The translations under genes and the position numbers were made by a program. From NCBI GenBank assembly GCA_037445065.1, contig JBBILD010000001.1:64001-128000 (forward strand): a DNA stretch of 64,000 nt, given 5' to 3'. This stretch comes from Myxococcales bacterium. GTDB lineage: Bacteria; Desulfobacterota; Binatia; HRBIN30. Under the pieces are notes generated by a model, which searched no databases, had not been told where the DNA came from, and saw nothing but the letters and a program-made list of their open reading frames with translations. Shown here piece by piece: positions 18,801 to 26,286 of the stretch. How positions within the stretch are numbered: the first letter of the stretch is position 1; each line of letters begins with the position of its first letter.

Positions 18801-19641
18801 CTGCGCACGCCTTATCCGACCAGTACGATCCATTCCACTTGACGATGAGGCCGACCTCGGGCGCCGCCGCACCGGTGTGATCGCGCGTAGGCAGCGGTAA
18901 TCCGCCCGGGTATGTCACTCCAGAAACCGTGCAGGGCCCCGCAACTACGTTATCCCCTTTGTTCGAGTCGTCGCACACGACGCCTTCGTTGACCACCGTG
19001 GTTTGGTTTCCAGAGTGAAAGACCGCCGCGTACACTCTGCTGCCATCCGGACTGACGGCAAGAGCGCGCGGCGTATCGCCAAACAACGTGAGGATGGCCA
19101 AGGGTATGCCGCCCAGCGAGCTTCCGAGATTGTTGGCATCGAAGACCCACACATCCGCGCGCCCGATTCCGGGTGTGGTGAGTTGGGGGTCGTTCGGGTT
19201 ATTTTGCCCGCGATGGGCACACGTGATAAACGCCCGATTTCTGCCCGGGCCGGCGAACACGATGTCCCGTGGTTCATCTCCGACTAATAGAGTGCGAACG
19301 ACGCGGGCAGGGAGGGACGACAGGTCCACAATGCTCACAGAGTCCGACAAGTGGTTGACTACCCAGACCTCGGTGTTCGTGCGGGCAGCCACCGCCACTG
19401 GTTCTAAGCCTACTGGCACGGAGTCCAAATGCGTCAGGGATCCGTCAGGATTAATGGAAAAGATTTCTAGGCGGCTGTCAGGGATGTTGGTCGCAAAAAG
19501 CTTGCTCCCGTCGGGGGACTTGGCCAGCGGCCGCACGGGGCCACTTTCGAACAGTGTGTACGGGCCTGCCGCGAGAACCCGAGGCAACGACAATAGTAAC
19601 GTGAATCCAACCCAAAACGCCCCGCGTGCGAGCGATTGCAT
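15811..19641 (-). CDS. Large secreted YncE-like beta-propeller + diheme cytochrome c protein with Ca-binding motif, Pro/Thr linker and C-terminal domain
   Basis: Signal peptide, propeller repeats (VPVGLEPVAVA, VWVVNHLSDSVSIVD, LVGDEPRDIV), CASCH and CNGCH, DRDEDSYFDRDEIDAGSDPADP, about 140-aa PT/ST-rich tract. Confidence 0.85.
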   Translation of the reverse strand: MQSLARGAFWVGFTLLLSLPRVLAAGPYTLFESGPVRPLAKSPDGSKLFATNIPDSRLEIFSINPDGSLTHLDSVPVGLEPVAVAARTNTEVWVVNHLSDSVSIVDLSSLPARVVRTLLVGDEPRDIVFAGPGRNRAFITCAHRGQNNPNDPQLTTPGIGRADVWVFDANNLGSSLGGIPLAILTLFGDTPRALAVSPDGSRVYAAVFHSGNQTTVVNEGVVCDDSNKGDNVVAGPCTVSGVTYPGGLPLPTRDHTGAAAPEVGLIVKWNGSYWSDKACAGGSKYGWSCTTDADCPGSVCGRNWNNAVKFNLPDKDVFVIDANANPPAQLPGGAGYFAGVGTILFNMVTNPVTGKIYVSNFEARNEFRFEGPGVFAAQFGGTTVQGHLAEARITVLSGSNVLPRHLNKHIDYSQRPAPPGAKDHSLATPLDMVVTSDGQTLYVAAFGSSKVGVFQTAELEADTFVPNGANYISVSGGGPAGLALDETRQRLYVLTRFDNGIAIVDTATKTEVDHVSLYNPEPASVINGRRFLYDAQYTSSNGEAACASCHIFADLDSLAWDLGNPDDETQTNPLPVKLASFIPSGVFRDFHPMKGPMTTQTLRGLVNHGAMHWRGDRNGGSSQPFSADLAFKAFNVAFPGLLGRSAQLTAAEMQAFTDFILQVKLPPNPIRALDNSLTPAQQAGRDFFFGPRRADGIPFGTDGTDSALGHTCNGCHVTNRAQGFFGTDGKASFENEPQVIKIAHLRNLYQKVGMFGMAAVPFFNSGDNGHKGDQIRGFGFLHDGSVDTLFRFLNATVFNNQNGAGFDGGDTQRRNVEQFLLAFDTDLFPVVGQQVTLTSANAAVANPRIDLLLQRAAAGETDIVVKGFYNGEMRGWYRTATGTFQSDRAGEPAWTDSSLRMVASIPGQELTYTAVPLGSAVRMGVDRDEDSYFDRDEIDAGSDPADPNSTPNFATATPTPSATSTATASRTPTRTATPSPSQTLTATQTPTLSPVPTLTPTPTLTWTPSATITRTSTPTLSPTPSLTFTPTPTPTVTITPGGPTLTPTWTPTQTPTDPPTQTPTSTPTPSETPTPSETPTPTETETPTPTTTPLPEVFCSGTTVPSPAKLKITRNPDPAGDENLSIRVAWMLAPAVPAPNPVAEGIRFAVLDRNGNLLWQRIVPGGAATSRSDVGWRLSTSGHVATYRDPDRLQGDIVKATVRSSTRTPGLFTVTIKGKTGDFQIQPGKDPVQLIVVLGNQSRAAMGQCSSLTFNESTSVRPRCEFSRSGSTFVCR
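16364..16780 (-). repeat. Low-complexity Pro/Thr (TPT) coding repeat including an exact 18-bp tandem duplication
   Basis: GGCGTCTCGGATGGTGTG occurs twice (16406-16441), encoding TPSETP, inside a (T/S)P-rich linker. Confidence 0.8.
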
Positions 19642-19754
19642 AGCCGTGTCCAATCTTCCCTCCCCAGATGGGGCGTCGCTTACCACAGGTGGAGTTCGAT
19701 TGACAACACAATAACGCAACCTTCTTGTGCCACGGGAGGACAAAGCGCGAGGCG

Positions 19755-19780
19755 GGAATAAAATGAAAAGAATGAACGTA
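19755..19780 (+). promoter_or_regulatory. Candidate autoregulatory ECF promoter
   Basis: GGAATA (19755-19760), 16 nt, CGTA (19777-19780), just upstream of the ECF sigma ATG. Confidence 0.5.
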
Positions 19781-19818
19781 GTAAGTGGCGGTAGTTGTAA
19801 AAGCTAGAAAACCATAAG

Positions 19819-20391
19819 ATGGCCTGGCCAGGAAAAGATCGCGGGTGGTTCGAGCGCGAGGTCCTACCTCATCTCTCTGCACTGTATCAGTTTGCCGTAG
19901 AGCTGGCCGGCCTAGACGACGCAGAGGACCTTGTGCAGACGGCCGTTCTGCGTGCATGGCAGCGGCGGGCATTGGCGCGGCCGGACCGCAGTTTGCGACC
20001 CTGGCTCTTTGCGATTCTGCGGCATGAGTGGATCGATGAATGTAGGCGGCGCCAGCGTGTCGGTCGCTGCGACAACGTAACGGAGGAGTTGCTTCTGACG
20101 CCGTTGTCTTCTGATCCAGTGGCATTGGTGGCTCAACAGCGAAATGCTCGCCGGGTGCGGGACGCTCTCCGGGCCATTCCTGAGGCGTTCCGTTGGCCGG
20201 TTTACTTGAAGGACGTCGAGGGGTTCGGGTACCGCGAAATCGCGGAAATTTTGGGACTTCCTATCGGTACCGTAATGAGCCGTCTCGCCAGGGGCCGCGC
20301 GCTGCTCCGAGAGCGCCTGGAGGAAGTGGCAGCGGAGTCAGGTGTTGCCGGGTCACGGTCCGTCGTAAGGAAGCGGACAAATGGATTGTAG
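19819..20391 (+). CDS. ECF RNA polymerase sigma factor
   Basis: DAEDLVQ, WLFAILR (region 2), EGFGYREIAEILGLPIGTVMSRLARGR (region 4). Confidence 0.93.
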   Translation: MAWPGKDRGWFEREVLPHLSALYQFAVELAGLDDAEDLVQTAVLRAWQRRALARPDRSLRPWLFAILRHEWIDECRRRQRVGRCDNVTEELLLTPLSSDPVALVAQQRNARRVRDALRAIPEAFRWPVYLKDVEGFGYREIAEILGLPIGTVMSRLARGRALLRERLEEVAAESGVAGSRSVVRKRTNGL

Positions 20392-21208
20392 TAGTTGTCA
20401 GCGGTACGTGACCGCATACGTCGATCACGAGCTGGGCCTGGAACAAATGCTCCTTGTCGAGGAGCACGTTGCCGCGTGTTCTGCTTGCCGTGGGCGGCTC
20501 GAGAACGAGCGGGAAACAGCCCTTCTGGTAGCCGAATACTTTCCGCGCCTGGTGGCTCCGGAACGTTTGCTGCATCGGATTCGAGCTGCGCTTCGCTCGC
20601 CGGTGCGGTGGCCCGTGCGCAGCACACCGGTTTGGCCCCTGGCTGCCGGTTTATTCTTGGTTTGGTTGGGTTGGTGGATCGGAATCGGGGGTGTCTTGAG
20701 CAAGAACCCACCGGAAATCGTGCGCGACGCCATTGAGCTTCACCGCCACTCAGGGCTTCCCGATGCTTCGGCTGTGCGAACGGATGATCCCGCCCTTGCG
20801 AATCGATGGCTGCGGGAGCGGCTTGCGTTCATTCCTGAGGGTGCGCTCAGAACGCCGGATGGTGCCGAACTCGTGGCTGCACAGGTCGTCACCATTGCTG
20901 GCACGTCGGCGGGTTTCGTCCGCTACCGGGCGCGGGACGGGCATGTTTCGTTGTTTCTCCTCCCGGCACGCTCTCTTCCCGCTAGCGGGGAGAAATTTTG
21001 GGTCGGCGGAGTGGAGTTTCGAGCCTACGCGTGGCAAGGAGAAAGGCCAATTTTGTGGAATCATGACTCCGTTTCTTACATTTTAGTCGCTGAGTCGAAT
21101 CGGGAAATCGGGGAACATGTCCGCGACCGGTCCCCGCGGGCCTGCGGGGTGTGTCATTCGGTCGGGAACGAATGGGCCCGGAAGCTCTCCTCCGGAGAGT
21201 TGTTGTAA
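20381..21208 (+). CDS. Membrane anti-sigma factor with zf-HC2 domain and C-terminal CXXCH
   Basis: MDCSSC...HVAACSAC (HxxxCxxC), one TM helix, extracytoplasmic domain ending in CGVCH (21143-21157). Overlaps the sigma stop. Confidence 0.88.
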   Translation: MDCSSCQRYVTAYVDHELGLEQMLLVEEHVAACSACRGRLENERETALLVAEYFPRLVAPERLLHRIRAALRSPVRWPVRSTPVWPLAAGLFLVWLGWWIGIGGVLSKNPPEIVRDAIELHRHSGLPDASAVRTDDPALANRWLRERLAFIPEGALRTPDGAELVAAQVVTIAGTSAGFVRYRARDGHVSLFLLPARSLPASGEKFWVGGVEFRAYAWQGERPILWNHDSVSYILVAESNREIGEHVRDRSPRACGVCHSVGNEWARKLSSGELL

Positions 21209-21225
21209 CGAGTTGGGGTGGACGG

Positions 21226-22356
21226 ATGAGAAAACCAGCAAGATCTTTGGCGGCCTCTCTTTTCGGTGCTTTTGCATTGTACCTCCCGAAGGGCGTGTTG
21301 GAGCCAATCATTCCGGCAGACAACCCATTGACGGTCGAGAAAGTGGAATTGGGAAAGAAACTGTATTTTGACAAACGCCTTTCGGCGGATGGGACGGTGG
21401 CTTGTGCTACCTGTCACGATCCCACGAAGGGCTTCTCGGACGGTCGTCCTGTGGCCACTGGGATCCGCAACCAAGCGGGTGCTCGCAACTCGCCAACCGT
21501 CTTGTACGCTGGGTTCAGCGAGATCCAGTTCTGGGACGGGAGAGCACCATCCTTGGAAGAACAGGCAAAACAGCCCCTCATCAACCCGGTAGAAATGGGA
21601 CAACCGTCGCATGATGCGGTCGTGAAGGCGGTGCAGGCGGTTGCCGACTATCCGCCCCTGTTCCAGCGCGCCTTTGGTAGCCCTACGATCACGATTGACC
21701 GGATTGTTCAAGCAATCGCCTCCTTCGAGCGAACACTGGCACCGTTTTCCTCGCCCTTCGATCGCTTTCTGGCCGGGGAAAAAGACGCGATTAGCGACTC
21801 CGCCAAGCGCGGCTTCCAGCTGTTTTTGGGTAAGGCGCGCTGCGTTACCTGCCACGAATTCAACGCCGCATTTCCGTTCTTTACCGACAACAAGTTCCAC
21901 AACATCGGCGTGGCAATGAAAGGGAACTTCGAACAGTTGGCCCGCGAGGCGCAAGCCTTGGTGGGTCGTGGGAAAGAGGCCGAAGCGGAGCTCACCCACA
22001 AGCCGGGGGTCGAAGCACTGGGCCGCTGGATCGTTTCCCGCGAGCCAAAGGACATTGGAGCCTTCAAAACCCCGGGCCTTCGCAACGTCGCCTTGACGGC
22101 GCCGTACATGCACGACGGCAGCTTGCGAACGCTCGAAGAGGTGATGGAGTTCTACAATAAGGGCGGGGAACCAAATCCCAACTTGGACGGAGGCATGCGC
22201 CCGCTCGGCCTCACGCAGCAGGAAATCACAGATATCATCGAGTTCATGAAGAGCCTGACGGACGAAAGTGGAGGCAAGAATTTCAACTGGGAGGAATTGA
22301 AAGCGTTGGCTCAGAAAACACGCGCTGGGGAGTTGGTGCCGGGCCCCGCGCCGTGA
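21226..22356 (+). CDS. Diheme cytochrome c peroxidase / MauG-family protein
   Basis: LGKKLYFDKRLS, CATCH, RNSPTV, QFWDGRA, NPVEMG, CVTCH, FKTPGLRNVALTAPYMHDGS, EFYNKGG. Confidence 0.92.
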   Translation: MRKPARSLAASLFGAFALYLPKGVLEPIIPADNPLTVEKVELGKKLYFDKRLSADGTVACATCHDPTKGFSDGRPVATGIRNQAGARNSPTVLYAGFSEIQFWDGRAPSLEEQAKQPLINPVEMGQPSHDAVVKAVQAVADYPPLFQRAFGSPTITIDRIVQAIASFERTLAPFSSPFDRFLAGEKDAISDSAKRGFQLFLGKARCVTCHEFNAAFPFFTDNKFHNIGVAMKGNFEQLAREAQALVGRGKEAEAELTHKPGVEALGRWIVSREPKDIGAFKTPGLRNVALTAPYMHDGSLRTLEEVMEFYNKGGEPNPNLDGGMRPLGLTQQEITDIIEFMKSLTDESGGKNFNWEELKALAQKTRAGELVPGPAP

Positions 22357-22391
22357 GAACGGAACACGGTACCGGGAAGGAGGAATGAGTC

Positions 22392-23540
22392 ATGGCAAAG
22401 TACACGCTCCCTCAGGAACGGAAAAAACAAGAGTATCTGGGCGAGCGCGACCGGTTTTTCGCCGAGCTGCCTAAGCTCAACCGTCGAGACTTTTTCAGGG
22501 TTGCCGCCAAGGCAGCGGCAGTGGCCACCGCGTTCTGGAAGGGGTATCCACCCCACTCGTTTCAACTGATTCGGGTTGCCGAAGCGAAGCAGAGCCAACC
22601 TAAATTCACGTTCGCGTATATCTCCGATACACACATTCTCGACAAAGGGCTCAATCATCGCTTTGTCAAAGCCTGCCAGAAGGCGGTTCAGGACGTGAAT
22701 GCGCTCGATCCGCAGCCCGATTTTGTCTTGTTCGGGGGCGACTTGGCGCAGTTGGGCAAGGCCGAGGAGCTGTCGATCGGGCAGCAGATCTTGAAGGAGT
22801 TAAAAGCTCCCGTACGCATGATGGTTGGCGAGCATGACTGGTACTTGGACATGGGCGAGAAGTGGCGCGAAATGTTCGGTGAGCCCACGTATTCGTTTGA
22901 TCACAAGGGCGTCCACTTCGTTGTTTTGAATTCGGTGATCGTCGAGGACTATTGGACCGAGCCGAAGATGACCCCGATGGAGCGCATGCTCGCTATGGCG
23001 CAACTCGACAATCCGAACGGCCGCCCATTTATGGTAGGCGAAGAGCAACGCGATTGGTTGCGGAAGGATTTGGCGAAGGTCGACAAAAAGACTCCAGTCG
23101 TGGTCTTCTCGCACTCCCCGCTATACAAGTACTACCGCCCATGGAACTTTTGGACCGAGGATGCCGAAGAGGTCCAGAAGTTGCTGTTTCCGTTCGAATC
23201 GGTGACCGTCATCCACGCGCACACGCATCAGGTGCTGACCAACCGCATCCGCAACATTACCTTCCATGGGGTTTTATCGACCGCCTGGCCCTGGCCGTAT
23301 GCGCCCACCGGGATTCCAGAACTCACCGTTCAAATGGTCCGGGCGGACCCTTTTAATCAGTTCGATGGTTGCGGCTGGGGAACCGTCTCGATGCGAGAAG
23401 ATGGCCAGGCGGACAAACACTACGTACTCTGGGACCGGAACCCAATGACCGTGACGTTTGACCACGTGCGCCGAGGCAAGGAAGGAATGCGTGAGCTGGC
23501 AAAGCCGTTCCAGGGTAGCCTGAGCTGGCCATCGTACTGA
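22392..23540 (+). CDS. Tat-exported calcineurin-like metallophosphoesterase
   Basis: NRRDFF twin-arginine motif, ISDTH, GGDLAQ, VGEHD, FSHSP, HAHTH. Confidence 0.88.
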   Translation: MAKYTLPQERKKQEYLGERDRFFAELPKLNRRDFFRVAAKAAAVATAFWKGYPPHSFQLIRVAEAKQSQPKFTFAYISDTHILDKGLNHRFVKACQKAVQDVNALDPQPDFVLFGGDLAQLGKAEELSIGQQILKELKAPVRMMVGEHDWYLDMGEKWREMFGEPTYSFDHKGVHFVVLNSVIVEDYWTEPKMTPMERMLAMAQLDNPNGRPFMVGEEQRDWLRKDLAKVDKKTPVVVFSHSPLYKYYRPWNFWTEDAEEVQKLLFPFESVTVIHAHTHQVLTNRIRNITFHGVLSTAWPWPYAPTGIPELTVQMVRADPFNQFDGCGWGTVSMREDGQADKHYVLWDRNPMTVTFDHVRRGKEGMRELAKPFQGSLSWPSY

Positions 23541-23572
23541 CCGAACCCCGGCTGGACGGAAGGAGAACACAG

Positions 23573-24181
23573 ATGCGTTGGGTTGCAAAGAGACAGTGGC
23601 TGTTTGGGTTTGCCGGGCTGCTCGCAATTTCGATGCGTCCGGCTTACGCGGGCGAGATTGCCAAGCATCAATTGCCCTCAGCCCCGGATGGGCAAAGCAA
23701 GGTGGTGGGCCTATGTGACGGAGAAACGTCCGTTGTGGTCCCCGGTGTCGCTGCCCATGATCGAATGAGTCCTCAGCAGGCACGTTCGGTCGCAACGGAA
23801 CTCATGCGGCGGCACGAGGAAAAGAACCAAGTAGCCCACGGAGGGCAGGAACACACGCAGCGCGAGATCCGGGTTTGGGAAGCGGAGCTGAAGCGTGTCG
23901 TTGACGAAGGATACCGGTTATTTCACTCGCCGGAGCTTGGGACCAACGGCATTTCTTGCGACATGTGTCACCCGGATGCGAGCAATACCCACCCGGAGAC
24001 ATACCCGAAGTTCCAAACCCAGCTTCGCCGCATTGCGCTGCTGCGCGACATGATCAACTGGTGTATTGAAAACCCGATGGAGGGTCCGCCACTACCGGAA
24101 CACGATGATAAGATGAAGGCGTTGGAGGCATACATCATCTCAACTAGGAAGGGTGTGGCATTAGCTCCCGGCAAGCATTGA
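23573..24181 (+). CDS. Periplasmic monoheme cytochrome c, SoxA/TsdA-like fold
   Basis: Signal peptide, CDMCH, YPKF, LRDMINWCIENPMEG, MKALEAYI. Confidence 0.75.
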   Translation: MRWVAKRQWLFGFAGLLAISMRPAYAGEIAKHQLPSAPDGQSKVVGLCDGETSVVVPGVAAHDRMSPQQARSVATELMRRHEEKNQVAHGGQEHTQREIRVWEAELKRVVDEGYRLFHSPELGTNGISCDMCHPDASNTHPETYPKFQTQLRRIALLRDMINWCIENPMEGPPLPEHDDKMKALEAYIISTRKGVALAPGKH

Positions 24182-24549
24182 TAGCGGAAGTCGGAGTCGC
24201 CGTTATTCTGGTCTTTTTCGGGGCAGGGGCCTCTGCGGGCGAGGAGGGGAAGTATCGCACTCGCCTCCTCGCCCGTGAGTTCCTCGAGCACCAACAGCAA
24301 CTTGGTTTGGACCAGTCGCAGGTAGAACGACTCGAGGCGCTCGCTCAACGGTGGGAAGCGACCCACCGGGCACTGGCGCCGCGGGCATCGAAGGACGGGT
24401 ATGCGAGCGTACAAGAAAAGGCGGACGCCTTATTCGTTTGGAAGGAGCTGAGCAGCCAGCGCGTTCTCGTTGACCGAGACGCATTGTTCGTGCTCTCCCC
24501 CGAGCAGCGCCAGAGGTGGCGGGGGCTTCATTCGCAAAAAACCCCATGA
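24178..24549 (+). CDS. Small exported protein, Spy/CpxP (LTXXQ)-like
   Basis: Signal-like N-terminus, LGLDQSQ and LSPEQRQRW motifs. Start overlaps the upstream stop. Confidence 0.55.
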   Translation: MIAEVGVAVILVFFGAGASAGEEGKYRTRLLAREFLEHQQQLGLDQSQVERLEALAQRWEATHRALAPRASKDGYASVQEKADALFVWKELSSQRVLVDRDALFVLSPEQRQRWRGLHSQKTP

Positions 24550-24665
24550 GCCCTCGGCCGTGATAAAGGCAACAAAAGGCATTCGCTGTCCACACAAAAC
24601 ATTCTTTCTCGTATTGCGCCATCCCGTATTTTGGGGCAACTTTTCGCCGACGAGCGAGGAACTGC

Positions 24666-26120
24666 ATGGATCGGCGCAGAAAGAAACCTGTGGGCGTACG
24701 GGGTGTCACCCGTCGAAGGGCATTGCAGCAAATCGGCGCGGCCGCCGGCGCGCTTTCGCTCTCCCCCCTGTGGATGGGCTGCGGCGACGATGGAGAGAAA
24801 GGGTTGTTCGACCAACCTCCTTTGACGCCTCAAGAGTTGCGCGTCGACACGGTTGTGCTGGTCATGATGGAGAACCGAACCTTCGACCATTTTCTGGGCT
24901 CGTTGTCGCTGCACGAGGGAAGGTCGGTGGACGGCCTGCGAGCCGAGTTCTGGAACCCACGCCCTGACGGAAGTCGCGTACCGGTGTTCCCGTTGGGACC
25001 TCGGTGTGTTGCTGATCCTCCACATGGCTGGGAGGCAAGCTTCCGCCAGGTCAACGACGGCCGCATGGACGGCTTTGTGCGCGAGCACTCCGCGGAGGTG
25101 GGTGCGGAACATGGGGATGAGGTCATGGGATACTACCAGCGTGCCCAGTTGCCCATTTACTACGCGCTGGCTGATGAGTTCGTGCTCTGCGAACGCTGGT
25201 TTTGCTCGGTGCGCGGCCCGACATGGCCGAACCGGATGTACTTGCATGCGGCGCAGTCCGATGGCCGCAAGGACAATAGTTTTCCTGGGCCGGCGGGTTT
25301 TCGCTTTGCCACGATTTACGACGTACTCAACGCTGTCGGGATCGAGTGGAAGTACTACTTTCTTGACTTGCCGTTCTTAGCCCTCTGGGGGAGCCTGCGC
25401 ACCCAATCGCAACGCTTGCGCCCGCTCGAAGAATTCTTCGAAGATGCTCGCTCCGGTCGGCTACCACCCGTGACAATCGTGGAGCCGGGGTTCACGCTGA
25501 ACGACGACCATCCTCCGCACGACATCCAATTGGGGCAGGCGTTCATTGCGGCGGTTCTTCGAACCTTAGGAACTAGTCCTCACTGGCCCCGCTGCCTCTT
25601 CATCCTCACGTACGATGAACACGGCGGTTTCTTTGACCACGTACCACCACCGACTGTACCGGACGAGCGCTCTGACCAAGGTTTCGGTGCCTTGGGCCCG
25701 CGTGTCCCAAGTTTTCTCGTATCCCCGTGGGCCAAGCGCGGGTTCGTGAGCCCTACGGTATATGAACACAGCTCGTTTCCCGCTTTCCTTGAGTTTCTCT
25801 TTGGTCTGGAACCTTTGACCATGCGGGACGCTCAAGCGAACATCTTTTTGGACGCTTTTGACCGAGATCGCCTGCTGCGCAACGACCCGCGCTCTTTCCC
25901 GGCCTTGCCCCAGCTTGTCGTGGACGAGGAGCCTGCGCCGGAGTGCGTCGCCCTCGGGGCACCCTCGGGACAAGCGGCCATTCAGGATATCGAACGCTGG
26001 GCAGATACCGGCGCCTTGGAGCGCGAGCTCGACCGGCGAAAGTACGCGCGAGAAACCCTTACCTATATCAACCGGCAGTTGGTGCGCTCCGGCTGGGCAC
26101 GCTGGCGGCACAGCAGTTGA
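24666..26120 (+). CDS. Phosphoesterase family protein (phospholipase C / acid phosphatase), Tat lipoprotein
   Basis: TRRRAL signal with WMGC lipobox, MMENRTFDH, DPPHG, GPTWPNR, DDHPPH, YDEHGGFFDHV, GPRVP, YEHSS. Confidence 0.92.
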   Translation: MDRRRKKPVGVRGVTRRRALQQIGAAAGALSLSPLWMGCGDDGEKGLFDQPPLTPQELRVDTVVLVMMENRTFDHFLGSLSLHEGRSVDGLRAEFWNPRPDGSRVPVFPLGPRCVADPPHGWEASFRQVNDGRMDGFVREHSAEVGAEHGDEVMGYYQRAQLPIYYALADEFVLCERWFCSVRGPTWPNRMYLHAAQSDGRKDNSFPGPAGFRFATIYDVLNAVGIEWKYYFLDLPFLALWGSLRTQSQRLRPLEEFFEDARSGRLPPVTIVEPGFTLNDDHPPHDIQLGQAFIAAVLRTLGTSPHWPRCLFILTYDEHGGFFDHVPPPTVPDERSDQGFGALGPRVPSFLVSPWAKRGFVSPTVYEHSSFPAFLEFLFGLEPLTMRDAQANIFLDAFDRDRLLRNDPRSFPALPQLVVDEEPAPECVALGAPSGQAAIQDIERWADTGALERELDRRKYARETLTYINRQLVRSGWARWRHSS

Positions 26121-26241
26121 CAATGCTCGTGCTGTGCCCCGAGTTTCGCCTCTGTCCGTCTTCCTGACGTTTTCCCCCATGTCGGCAAGCAGCTGACGCG
26201 AGACGCTCCACTCGTGGAAGTCCGGCCCCTTTACGAGCGGT

Positions 26242-26257
26242 TGGCACCCGGATCGCT
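26242..26257 (+). promoter_or_regulatory. Candidate sigma-54 (-24/-12) promoter
   Basis: TGGCAC-CCGGA-TCGCT with GG and GC at canonical spacing. Confidence 0.55.
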
Positions 26258-26258
26258 C

Positions 26259-26286
26259 TTCGTGTCCTCCCGACGGAGGACACGAA
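26259..26286 (+). promoter_or_regulatory. Perfect 12-bp hairpin sequestering the Shine-Dalgarno
   Basis: TTCGTGTCCTCC-CGAC-GGAGGACACGAA immediately followed by ATG at 26287. Confidence 0.7.

Noticed and set aside
19716..19732. Sigma-54-like TGGCAC...TTGC on the minus strand upstream of the large diheme gene
   Set aside because: The spacer is 7 nt rather than the strictly required 5.
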